A stretch of 64,000 nucleotides of DNA from Cercozoa sp. M6MM. Lineage: Eukaryota; Protista; Endomyxa: Ascetosporea. The position numbers were made by a program, and so were the translations under genes. Positions 37,975-50,431 of this stretch are shown here, piece by piece (position 1 is the stretch's first letter; the number at the start of each line of letters is the position of its first letter). The DNA lies in assembly GCA_040357565.1 (NCBI GenBank), contig JBDODJ010000059.1. One strand, written 5' to 3'. A model generated the notes under the pieces. It was not told the origin of the DNA, did no database searches, and saw only the letters and a program-made list of their open reading frames with translations.

Positions 37975-40900
37975 CTAGCAGTCGTTCACAAAGGGCGCCA
38001 GGAGCGCGAACTCGGGCGCGACCTTAGCCTTCTCCTGCGCCTCCTGCGACAACGCGACGAGCGTCTTCTTTGCCTCTGCATACACACACACATGCGCACA
38101 TATTACAATACGTTGCTGCTGAATGTCTCCTCTGTGAATAGCAGCACCAGTGATGTTGGCCTCCAAGGCACCGTCAATCTCCTGCTGCTGCTTGTGCAGT
38201 GCTTCGAACTGCAGGGCCACAAGTGAATGCGCGAGTTTCCCCCTGAGTCTCACTCCCTAAAATTAGAGATACCTGATCGAGAGAGTTCTCAGTGTCGGCG
38301 GCACCGTTGGACAGGAACTGCACAGCCATCTCGGCGCGCATTTTCGACAGCTGCACGAGTTCAAGCTGTGCCGCTTGCACCTTGGCCTGCGGGGGAGGGG
38401 GTTAAAGTATCGAGAGGTAACACAGAAGCGACATACCACAAAGGCATCGGTGTCTACACGAATACTCACAGCGTTCGCAGCGTCCAACATGAGTCTCTGC
38501 ATGCATGGGACGGAGGGGTAAGATATATATATATATAGATATACAGATAGATAGATATACATAGATAGATAGATAGAAGGGTAAAACGCCTACCTGCAGC
38601 TCAGCTTCGGCCTTGCTGAGATCGAGTTTGAGGTGCTGAATTGACGGCGCGTGCGCAAAGCCGAGCATTTGCTGCACCATCAACGGCGTGTTCTTCAGCA
38701 TCTCTGTGGGGGGGGGTAAACGAGGTAGACGAGGGGTACAAACTAAATACCAATGTGCGCCGGAATGAGCGACTTGCACGAGAAGTCGCGCTTCTCCTGT
38801 CACGTGAACATAGGGGGCGGGGGGCCGGGTAAAGGTGCAACAGGGTCAGGGTCAAGGCAAGCTCTACAGCACGCGCGCGGAAGTCATCCTCCAGTTGGCG
38901 CAGCGGCAGACACACCCACTTCAGCGCCGCGTCCAGGCGGTTCGAGGCTACGTTTTTTCAAGAGTGATGGGAATGGCGAAAGGTGGCTCGGGTATAAACA
39001 CTTACCCATATACAGGTGCGCCACTACGACTCGCAGCGACAACGACAGTTCGAACTTGATCTCCTCCTGTTCAGTCAGAGGGTATGAGGGAGTAGGGTAG
39101 GGATGGGGGGGGTAGGAAGGAAGGGGGCAATACCGGCTCACACACGAGCACGAGCCACTCGAGTGCCCTCACGCGCTCGGAGTCCGACGCGCCCTCACGC
39201 AGCGGGTCACAGCTCCTGCACGAAGAAACGCCAGGCAGGACCATTAAAAACAACAACAAGACACACAAAACAACAAGAAACAACGCACGCCAGAATCACG
39301 TCCTTCTTGGCGCGCACCTTTTCGGCGAACTTCGTCAGTGTCGGCAGCGGCAGTCTGTGCACCAACAACGTGAAAGTACAACTTGAAACAGCAACTGATA
39401 GAACAAGCTACTGATGCGCAATCAGCGGCACTTGCGGCAGATCGGGCATGCCGACAAAGTCCGTGAGAATCTACCCAGGAGGGTTGGGTTAAGGTGGTGT
39501 GCCAAGGGGGGGGGGTAAAGCCTATCACTACCACCTGCGCCAGACGCTTCGTGAGCGCCGTCAGCGGCGAGTCCGTCGTGCACACCTCGGCCATGTCGGC
39601 GACCACCTTGTCCATGGCCAGCTCCATCGTCGGCTCCGGCTTGGTCACTACCAACTCTCAGATTGCAAAGGTTAAGGGGGAGGGGAGAGGTAACACTACC
39701 AGCAGGCATGCAGACCGGCGACGACGACACCTGCGGCGTGTGTTGGATTGCCGGAGTGTCCTATGGGGGAGGAGTAAGGACAACCAACAAGAGAGGGGGA
39801 TAAGCCTACCTCGGGTGCCGGGAAAATCGGTGCCGAATCGGCCGCCGGCGTCTCCAGAGCAGCTGTCGGGATGGAGGAGAGTAGGGAAGGATAGGGGAGG
39901 GGGGGGGGTGAAAGCACGAAAGGCAAAGAACATACCACGCTGCTCGCGAGCGAAACGACGACGCAGCTTCAATGCCGCCTGCTCGGCCTCGCGTGCCTTT
40001 ATGCAGGGGACATGTTGGGAGTGCAAAGAGACAGGAGCAAGGGACACAGGATAAAGGTACACGCTGCGGGTCGCACAGGTAGATAGCGACCTCGACATGG
40101 CCCTCTTGCTCGGCACGCTGCGCAGGCTTCACGCGCAGGTCCGCCGGCGCCGGGTCTGCACCTGCCTCGACCATCTGTCAAAGAGGAAGCAGTCCTAACC
40201 AACTCGAGCACACACATATCCTGGAGAAGTTTTACCAGTTTAACCGCAGGCAGGTCACCGCGAGCCGCCTTGATGTAGCTGTTAAAGAGATTAGGTAAGG
40301 TACGAGACAAGAGTACATCAGGGGGGGGGGGGGGGGAAAAAGCTACATGGCCGGGTTGTTGTTGCGGTTGCGCTTGTTCAAAAACAGCAGGAACTGCTCG
40401 GCTGATCTGCAACACAACAGAGTCAACAGGGGGAGGGGGAAGGGGGTAAGCGATGCAAAAGCTGCATACCCAGCAGTGTCGAGCGCCCTCTGCAGCACGG
40501 CAGCAAAGGCCTTGCCGCTCGTCAGGTGCTACGTCACAACCCTCTTGTATTTCACCCTCTCGGCCTCAGGGACAAGGTGTACCAGCGAGGACCAGTCGTC
40601 GTAGTCGGAAACGAAAACGCTCGAGCCACGCTGCAAGAAGAAATCGACCAGCGCGTCGTTCTGCTTGTTTCCTGCCGCCAGCAGCGGCGTCATGCCGTCG
40701 CGGAAGCTGCATCATGCCATCCATCATCCATCAGCAAACTGGAGAAAGAGGGGGAGGGGGAGAACTACTAATGACGCGACTCCATCAGTTTCGGCTCCTC
40801 TTCAAGCAACCTGCGTGCGTCGTATGAAGAGCAAAGGAATCCTAAGTGGAAGAACACAAAAACTCGAGCGTACTGTCCAATGCGCTCCGTGTCGACGCGT

Positions 40901-43900
40901 TCGACGGCAGCGAACAGTGCCTGCAGACGCTCTTGCGGGTCGTACCACAACTCGAGGTTCTGCCGCGCCAGCGCCGTCTCCTTGTCGCGCTCCTCGCGGT
41001 GCAACAGGTACTCCTGCGAACGGGGGGAGGGGGAGGGTGAGGTAAGCAAAGTAATAGACAAGCAATAGATAAGGTGATAGAAGGCAATAGACAAGGTAAC
41101 AGACAAGGTAATGGACAAGGTAATAGACAAGGTAAAAGACAAGGCATTGTAATAGACAAGGTAATAGACAAGGCAATAGACAAGGCAAAGAGTACGACAA
41201 CACGCGCGTGGTTGCGCATCTGCGCCAACTTGAGCGCCGTGTCGTCGTCGTTATCGGCCTGCACAACACAGCTATCAGACAGGCGTGTGCTTTGGATCGA
41301 GAAACGGCCCCGACCTGATCGAGATCGACGCCGATCACTTCGACGAGGAACTTGACACTGCGCAGGTTGCCCTGCCACACCAGACATTAGTCAACGAGGA
41401 GATTGATGTGAGGCAGGGAGGCAGGGAGGCTGGGGTAAAGGTTACATTGAGTGCCGACAGCAGCAGCGGAGTCATTCCGCCGTTCGCGCGAGTCGTGTAC
41501 AGATCAAGCACTACCCGGACAAGAGGGTCAACAGCAAGGCTCAAAACATAACACCAAAGCATAACACTAGGTAAAGCCACCTTCCTGAGCGCTCTTGCTG
41601 TTCGTGATGGCTTGGCGGAACATCACGTCGCTGTGCAGGGTAACCAGGTATGGGTGGGCAAACCCAACGGGGCAAGGTCAGGGTATACCTGTGGGGCAAG
41701 ATGTGCAGCGGCGTCATGCCGTTCTTGTCAGCATACGTGAGCGAAGCACCCAGCGACAGCAGGCAGTTCAGCACGCGGTCAGTCTGAGACACAGGAGAGC
41801 CGAGTGACACTAACTAAGCCACATGCACAAGACAGGCTACCTGTTCGGCAGAGCCCTTGATGATGCCCCAGATCATCGGCGTTGGTCCCGACTCCACCTG
41901 TATCCAGAGAGGTAAAACACAAACAGGTGGGGAAACGTACAGCTGTACCTCGGTGCTGTGCGCCTTCAGGAGCTCAGGCTTGCGCGTCACGAGGCGCTCA
42001 ACCGTCGCAACGTCGCCTTCCTCGATAGCCTTGAAGAGCGAGGCACTGCCCACACGGATAGAGAGGGGTGAGGGAAGCTACAGGGGCTTGAGATAGGGAA
42101 GGGTACATCATGGTCTCGATGTCCATCTCGCCAGCCGGCATAACATCCTCGCCGAGCGCCTCCTTCACCAGGGAGTTGCTGTGCAGCACGACAGTCCAAC
42201 AATCACACATTCGCATACCCAAGCAGCAAAGCCTACCGCGAGTAGCGCAAGCGTTCCTGCACGTGGCGGCACAGCTCCGACGTCAGCAGCGTGTTCTTAT
42301 TGATCGCGTCGATGCACTCGCTCTCGTTCTCCAGTGTGAAATTCTTCTGCCGCAAGGAGGGGGGGGGGGTTAAAAGTACTAAAGAAGGTCAAGGGTAAGG
42401 GGTACAACCTACCCCCTCATCATTGACAACGAGCGCGCAGCGAATGACCACCGTGCCTTCGCCTTCGCCCTCACCTTCGCCTTCGCCCTCGCCCTCGCCT
42501 TCGCCTTCGCCTTCCTGCTCACCCTCACACTCGTCACCCTCGACAGGGGCCGGTGCCGACTCGGCCGCGTTCAACTGTAGCCACAACATGCAACATTGTC
42601 TTTGCAACATTGTTGAGTCCATCTTTGGCTGAACTACCTCGTACTCCTCGCGACCGCCCTTGGCCGCGATGCGCGCCGCAATCTCCTCGCGACGCTTCTG
42701 CTGCTGCTCGCTGCGGAAGGGGAAGAGTAAAGAACGGGAGAACCAAGGGCAAAGAGAGCAGTCAAGAGGTCAGTCAAGAGGGCAGGCAGTACTCAGTGGC
42801 CGCCTCCAGCAGAGCAATCACGTTGGAATGATTGCGCTCCTGTTTATTGACACGGTACAGTTGGGACGGTACCAACGGTACACTTCAGTTGCACGTGATG
42901 TACCTTGGCCGCATCAAGAGGCGACGTGCGCAGGTCGTTGGGCGAGAAGACGGCGCCGTACTCCAGCAGCGTCTGCACCAGCGGCACGTTGCCATTGTAT
43001 GCCGCAATGAAGATGGCCTGTGGCACATAGGTTACATAGCAGGGTACAGCAGGATACAGGGTACAACAGGATACAAGGGGGTAAGGTATCACAAAGCATA
43101 CCGGGTTGTTGCGGTTGTCACGCGCATCCAGCAGCGCGAAGAACTCGGACGGCGTGCGGCACTGCAGAATGGCCGCCTCCAGCACCAGCGTCAGTGCCGA
43201 GGCATCCTGTGCCATGTGCACCGCCGTCCAGCTGCGATCACAGAGGGATACACCGGGGGAGAGGCTTAAACACACGACGTACTCATCACTGTCGCGAAGC
43301 GGTTCGCCGGCATGCGAGCCCGGAACGTCCCAGTGCGGGTGAACCACACGAGCGCCCTGTGCACCAAGGAACGAAGTGACGGATCTCCCTCCCTTTGTCT
43401 GCACAAAGGTACCAGCGACAGAAGCAGGGCGGCGGACTCGTGCTTTTGACGGTGCAGCGACTACAAGGGACCATGTCACAATGACCACGTCACAATGAAT
43501 TTAATCCCCTGGTCAAACACAGGTAGGCGTACCGCCAGCAGAGCCGTCATGTAGTCGTTCGCAATGTTACGCGTCTCCAGCATTCCCGGCTGCTGCAGCA
43601 GCATGGTCTTGACGCCCTACATATAGACATACTGATACGATACAAAGGACACAAGATGTATGTCGCAGTTAGACATGTGCAAGACTGTACAGCAAGGTCC
43701 TCCGCGTCCACGGCGTGGAAGAAGCGCGGCGTCATGCCGTGGTAAAAGTCAGACACCTTTGAAACCAAGGAGAGCTAACAGAGAGCGGAACAGGGAACAG
43801 ACACAGCAGAGGAGGCTACGTAATCGCAGGCCAGGCGTCGATCGAGACGGCGCGCCGCCTTGTGCGACAGGTAGCGCATGACCTCCATGTGACCCTGCGC

Positions 43901-44980
43901 ACGCGCCAGCATCAGCGGCGTGTCGCCGTCCTCGTCGGCCAACTCCGGATCAGCGCCGCAGATCTAGCATGCACAATTCGCGTCGTTCTTCCATCAAACG
44001 CGGGATCGAAATGTTTACCTCAACCAGGTGACGAACAAACCGAATGTTGCCGCTGTTCGCACTCAACATCAGCGCCTGCAGAATAGAATCGAAGTGAGAG
44101 CAAGCCAAAAAGGCAAAGAGAAGCGCACCGTGGCCGAGCGGAGCGTGCGAGCCGACACGAAGCGCTGCACTTCGCTCGAGTTCTCGGCACGAAGCACGGC
44201 GTATTTGAACACCTGGGAAGCAAGGATACAAAGCACGCCAACTCAGCGAAATAAAGACTCGGTTACATTGTAAATCGACGGACGCATATGCAATGCCGTG
44301 CGACCCTAAAGCAAGCAAATCGCGTCCATTCAGCACTCATTTCAGACAGGCTTGAGAAAATTTGCAAAAGCAACGCTACGCCAGCATCAGTCGCCAACGC
44401 CGAGCAACCGGCTCGCAGGAGCCGTGCCACAGGGTTCGACACATTGCGGCGGTTGTGGGTGCGGATGTACCACAGCACAGGCGGGTCACGCCTTCAGACA
44501 ATAAATCAGCAGCATCCCAGCGGACCGCACAAATGCAAGAAACGCTAAACAAAAAGAGAGGAAAGATACGTGGGCACGTCCTCATTCACCGCGTTGACCA
44601 GGTGCGGGAACTCCTTGAACAGCTGTTCGGCCTCATCCAACTGAAGGGCGATCAGGGTAATTAATGTTTAGAAACAGACAGCAGCGTCCAACAGAGCAAT
44701 TGTACCTTGTCCGTCTCAAGGAACTTGAACAGCCTGTCAGAGCAATTCAAAACAATTCAAAAAACGATCAAAACGGCGGACACCCGCAAAAATTGAACTC
44801 GCAAAAATTGAAGAACGCGCATTTCGCATTTATTTCCGAAAAAGCGCGCGAAGTACCGCTTCTTAGGCTCGAGCGCAGCGTAATCGATCGATTCGGTGTT
44901 CTCCTGCCAGAAAAGCGTATTTGCAGTGTATTAAAGCGACTTACACGGTAGAAAATCACAAAGCGCCCAGGTCATACCAT
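37975..44980 (-). CDS. Large ankyrin-repeat protein with two ankyrin clusters and a helical C-terminus; start uncertain
   Basis: GADPELADEDGDTPLMLA, AIFIAAYNGNVPLVQTLLEYGA, LFKAIEEGDVATVERLV, LLSLGASLTYADKNGMTPLH, DDTALKLAQMRNH. Ends ...APFVNDC*. Confidence 0.8.
41050..41190. repeat. Intronic 12-bp repeat (AGACAAGGTAAT)n
   Basis: Direct inspection. Confidence 0.85.
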
Positions 44981-45442
44981 TTCAGAACTTCAGCCCTTGA
45001 CTCTTCTAACAACTTAAGGCGTCAGGCACAGAGAATACACTCACGTGATTCTATTGCACCCACAAAGCAACCCAAACAACAGTGACGACTGGTAGAATTT
45101 TTTCCGAGGTTTTTGGAAAACTAGAAGAAAGCTGGAGCACCGATTGATTGGTTCGAGTCGGATGACTGATGATGATGACTGCACCTCTCGGCTCTGAGGG
45201 TGCAACTGGACGGCCTCGTAGATGCACGTGAGCCTGAACGTCTAGACCTGCACAGTCGGCGACACCGCGATCCCCCATCAGTGATCGCTGATCTATCGTA
45301 TCTTGCTGAGGCTCAGATTATGCAGTTCCCAGCTGGTCTCCTACCATCGACGTCTATCAATTGACTCGCTTCGTCTAATTGACGACTTCTTTTATTTGTT
45401 CTTTTCACTGACAACAACGCAAGGTGCAAGTCAGCAGTCGAA

Positions 45443-46616
45443 CTAGCGATCGTTTTTGCAGTCGTGATCGTCACCTTCCACCTCAAGTTGCTCGACAGTC
45501 GGCATGGCCTCGTTGGCGTGGTCGGCCTGTCACAAACACACAGACTCCGATCGAGACAGACTCCGATCCAGGGTGAGGCCAGAACTACGGTGCGCGCCGC
45601 GGAGAAGGTGTCGATACTGCGCTGCATGGCCTCCTTGCCGAGGTGCAGGATGCCGACCGGCAGTCGGCCACTCGGCGTGAGTTGCTTGAGTCGCACGATG
45701 ACGTCGTTCTCTTGTCGCAGCATCTGCAGGTGTGCAAGGGTACAGGCACAACAGGTACAGGCACAACAGGTACAGGCACAGGCAGGTACAGTGCAGTGCA
45801 AGAGAGGAGTGCAGAAGGCACCTTGTAGATACGCATCATGCGCGTGATGGACTGCACCTTCTGCTTGAGCACGCCACCGCGCTCGCGAATGACCGAGCTG
45901 CGGCCGGTCGGCAGCACGGGCACAGTCCGCGCGGACGCCTCGCGCGGACTCTCGCGCGGACTGCGCTTGCGCACGAGCTGCACGAGCATGTCGGTGACCT
46001 TCTCGGCCACGAAGGGCAGCGACCACTCGAACACCGACATGAAGTTCGGCAGGTAGTAGGGATGCGGCGACCAGTTGAACTGCCGGATGTTCAGCATGTC
46101 CTCGTCGATACGCAGACACGCGCCCTTGTTCTTGTAGGCGTCGCAGTAGTTCGGCGCCGAGAATATCGTGATCACGCGCGGCACGCCCTTGCGCGTCTTC
46201 TGCGCCATCTTGTAGCCCTCGTACTGCGCCTCGTGCGCGCGGATCACGCAGGTCAGACGGTTGCGCCGCAGGAAGGCCGACGTCGCATCGGCGCCGAACA
46301 CGTACGAGCACTGCCGCGTTTCGTTGTAGCTGAACCACGGTGAGGCTGCAGATATCCGTATCTCTTTATACCCATGTCTAGAATGGTACATACATGTACA
46401 TACAAATGTACATACAGAGAGATCAGCGATATAGATTCAGATAGATAGATAGGTAGATAGATAGATAGATTGATTGATTGATTGATGGATAGATAGAAAG
46501 ATAGATATATAGAAAGATAGTTAGATAGATAGATAGCTAGATAGATATGGATAGATAGATAGATATAGATAGATAGATACAGATAGAGATAGATAGAGAT
46601 AGATAGAGATAGATAG

Positions 46617-46649
<33 letters not shown>

Positions 46650-46724
46650 TAGAGATAGATAGAGAGACAGATAGATAGATAGATAGATAGATAGAGATAG
46701 ATAGATATATACATATATATAGAC

Positions 46725-46761
<37 letters not shown>

Positions 46762-47799
46762 TAGAGATAGATAGAGAGACAGATAGATAGATAGATAGAC
46801 AGATACAGAGTGGCAACTACCCTGGTCAGCATTGATATTATAGTCATCGTCATCATCCATCGGATTCGTCGGGTCGGGCTCGTGCACCGGGTCGGCCCAC
46901 AGGAGGTCGCAGAAGGCGCCAGACTTGGGCACTTCCTTGCCACGCTCGATCTTGTCTGTGCCCGTCCAGAGATACCATAGGTATAGACGAAAGACACAGC
47001 GAGCGTACCGATATCATCGAGTGTGGCTACGTCGGGCGACAGACCGCCATGCACGCAGAGGAACTTGTTGTTCACCTGGGGTTAAGGGGGAGGGGAGGGT
47101 AAGAGAGGGTAAGGAAACAGGGCAGTGCTACAGTGGCAGCGAGCGGCAGGTAGTCGAAGGCCTGCATGATGGCCTCGTAGACGTCGTAGTTGTACTTGTA
47201 GATGCACTCGTCGCGAAAGTTGAAGTACGTCGTGAGGTGGCGACACTCGTGATTGCCACGCAGCATATGGAAGGTCTCCGGGTAGCAGATCTTGAAGGCG
47301 AACAGGTAGAACACGACCTCGGTGCTGAAGCAGCCGCGATCCACGTAGTCGCCCAGGAACAGGTAGTTCGTCGAGGCCGGGTCGCCGCCTGCCTCCAGCA
47401 GTCGCACCAGGTCAAAGAACTGTCCATGCACGTCACCGCACACTGTGATCGGGTCACTCAGTCGCAGCAGATTCGGCTCCGCGCGGAACAGCCTCTTGGC
47501 CGCCGTCACCAGTCGCATTGCCTGGTCGTGTGACAGACGACCCTCGGCGTACAGCTGTTTGAACAGCACGCGCAAGTCTGGTCTCCCCTGCGCTCCCTCG
47601 GGGAACAGCTCCTGTCCCCAGACCATTCAAGTCATCCACACAGTCCAGAAGCCATGCTAACCACACGTATATCTGCTCTGGGCAAGCTATCAAATACCTC
47701 GTCCAGCGGAGCAAACCGCGGCGGCGCCGTCACATCCCCACGCACGCGGTCGTCGGCAAACTCAGACAGCGGCGGTCGAGGCTCACTTGAGCCCTGCAT
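45443..47799 (-). CDS. CNA: Calcineurin catalytic subunit A (PP2B)
   Basis: Phosphatase motifs GDVHGQFFDL, LGDYVDRG, LRGNHECRHLT, HGGLSP, RAHEAQ, TIFSAPNY. CnB-binding helix FEWSLPFVAEKV. CaM-binding region KQKVQSITRMMRIYKMLRQE. Autoinhibitory segment IDTFSAARTADHANEAMP. Stop TAG at 45445-45443. Confidence 0.97.
46430..46810. repeat. Intronic (GATA)n microsatellite in calcineurin A
   Basis: Direct inspection. Confidence 0.92.
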
Positions 47800-48067
47800 T
47801 TCCTGCGTGACAAAGCCTTCACCCAGAAGCACACAATGCCTTTTTGCCTCCTCAGTCGACTTGCAAAAAGCCCCGCGTCTGAAAAGGCGACAGAAACACG
47901 CCTGTCTTCAGCTGCCTTGACACACTCTGTGATCAAACAGTGACACACCCAGTGGCACTGTACAGCTCTGACGTTTTTTGCACAAAACGGAGCGCTGGCT
48001 TCCGATATTTCTTAATATTGTCTCAAAGGTGCTGATCCTGCCTCGATTTCTCGAAGTGTGCTGCGAG

Positions 48068-49771
48068 ATGTCGGGTGTTCGTACGCTCGAGGAGATTCTG
48101 GGCGCTGGTGCGCAGCAAAGCGGTGGCCCAGACGCTGCCGCGGACGCGCTGGAATTTGATTTGGGTCATCTGTGTGCCATCGATGCGCGAGCCTTCGAAG
48201 GTGTCTCCTCCCTCCTTTGGCTGTCTTTCTGACTTAAGCGTGACTTAAACATTGTGTGTATGTGTGTTTGATAGAGCGGCCAGACGAGGAGACGCTGCGG
48301 GCACGAGCGTGTCAGAACATGCAGGCGCTGGTGCAGTCGCTGCTGCAGCTGCCGTCGGAGGCGTCGGAGCATGGCGCCGGCCGCGTGTGCATGCTGCCGA
48401 CGCCGCTGGCCAAGCTGCCGCGTGAGAAGCCGTGTCCCACGTAGCATATACTTGTATATATATTTATATATCTATTCTATATATGTTATATACATATTTA
48501 GATAATTGTATGTATTTATATGTTTGTCTGTTTGTATGTATTTATATACTTGTATATGTATTTATATACTTGTATGTTTATTTAGATATTTGTATATTTA
48601 TTTATATACTTGTATATTTATTTAGATATTTGTATATTTATTTATATATTTATTTATATACTTGTATATGTATTTATATATTTATTTATATATTTATATA
48701 TTTATTTATATATCGAATTAAATATAATATTGTGAATGTAAAGTGGCAAGGCTGCGACTCCATGGGAAGAGTTCGCACGCCGCAAGGGCATCCAGAAGAA
48801 GAAGCGCTCGCAGAAGGTGTTCGACGAGAGCACGCAGGAGTGGGTGCCGCGCTGGGGTTATGGACGTGCCGGCCAGGTCGAGGACCACGTTGTCGAGCAC
48901 GCCGAGAACGAGGCGCCGCTGCCCGAGGGCGCGCGCGACGTTTTCGAGGCGCGCGCGCTCAAGAAGGCCGAGCTCAAGCAGCGTAACCGACAGCAGCGAC
49001 AGGACGTACCCTCTCTTTTCTCTAAATATATATATATATAATGTGTATATACTTTATATTATATATCTATGTATATATACTAGATTTACTAGATATATTT
49101 ATACTATATATCTATGTATATCTAAACTGCATGAATATATCCATACTGTATATCTACTGTATATATTTATATTCATGTTTCTATATCTATATATTTATAT
49201 GTATATATAGATATATATGTATATATATATATATAGATATACTAGATATATTTATACTATATATACTAGATACTATCCTATAGACTTACTCCGTATGGGT
49301 ATGCACAGAACCTCGAGCGAGCAGGCGGCAAGAACGCGCTGCCGGGCGAGTTCGACGTCGCCAGTGCCATCAATCGCGTGCACGGCGACCGGCCCAACAA
49401 GAAGCGCCGCAAGCACTCGCACCTCGACGCGTCGCTGCGCATCGCACAGCACGCCACTGCCTCCATGGTGAGTCCTGCCCCCCATATACCTGTTGTACAT
49501 ATGTTTTTTATTTTTAGTTTATATATTATATATATACTTTTTTTATTTATATATATATATATATATATTTTAAAATTTATATATCTATTTATTTATTTAT
49601 ATATAGGGCAAGTTCGACAAGCGCGCGCGTGACGAGTCGCAGCGCCGAGCGCACGCAAGCAGGCGTTCGCGCGGCCAGCGGCAGCCCGGCGCCAAGGGCG
49701 GCCGCTCGCAGGGCGCCATCGTGCAGCAGCTCCTCAAGCGCGACTCTATGCGCCGCGAGGCGCAGATCTGA
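48068..49771 (+). CDS. RRS1: Ribosome biogenesis regulatory protein RRS1
   Basis: FDLGHLCAID, LPREKPCP, TPWEEFARRKGIQKKKR, WVPRWGY, TASM-GKFDK. Stop TGA at 49769-49771. Confidence 0.95.
48445..49605. repeat. Three (TA)n-rich expanded introns in RRS1
   Basis: About 48445-48730, 49020-49290 and 49500-49605 are nearly pure A/T between very GC-rich exons. Confidence 0.9.
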
Positions 49772-50431
49772 TTCTCGTTTCGCCTGATTTCTAGTCTTCT
49801 CGGTCCGCCTGTCGTTGGTCATGATTAACTGCGGAATTAGCGTGGCACGTGACCAGAATCGTAAATTTTTCTAGTTGGGACCAGGATAGGCAGAGATAGG
49901 ATTGACATTGGACTGGTGTAGAATGGCGTGGGACTAGCATAGGACTGGTGGACAAGACAGTCAATCTGAGGGCAAATAAGGACGCGAAACTAGGGGATGG
50001 AGGAGGGCCGGGCACTTCCAGGAAGACTGCAGAAGACAATATACTAGGATGGCAAGGCAAAAAGTCAATTATCGACATGATATTTGAGCTTACCCTTTAG
50101 CTGAAGAGTGTCGACAGTCACGCATGCCGTGCGAGCACGCCAGTAGACGAACGACTCGACGTCTAGAACGACTAAGTTAAGTTGACGACAAGTTCAAAAC
50201 TTCATCCATTGTCTAAATCTGTAAATGAACTGAAGTCGAGGTGTTTGCTCGGCCCCAGACTCGCGTTCCGCTCAGAGAGACCGCGCTTTGTGAGCCATGA
50301 GCTGCAGGCGAAGACAGTGCGGGTATGTCGATATCGCATCATCGCATGTTGTGCGCGAATATTAGTTGGGAAATCGAATGGCGAACAAAAAGACAATGAT
50401 ACTGCATTATGTAACAGTTTTTGAATCACAC

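Noticed and set aside
50095-50170. CTGAAGA as a possible hammerhead ribozyme core
   Set aside because: No properly placed GAAA or closing stems.
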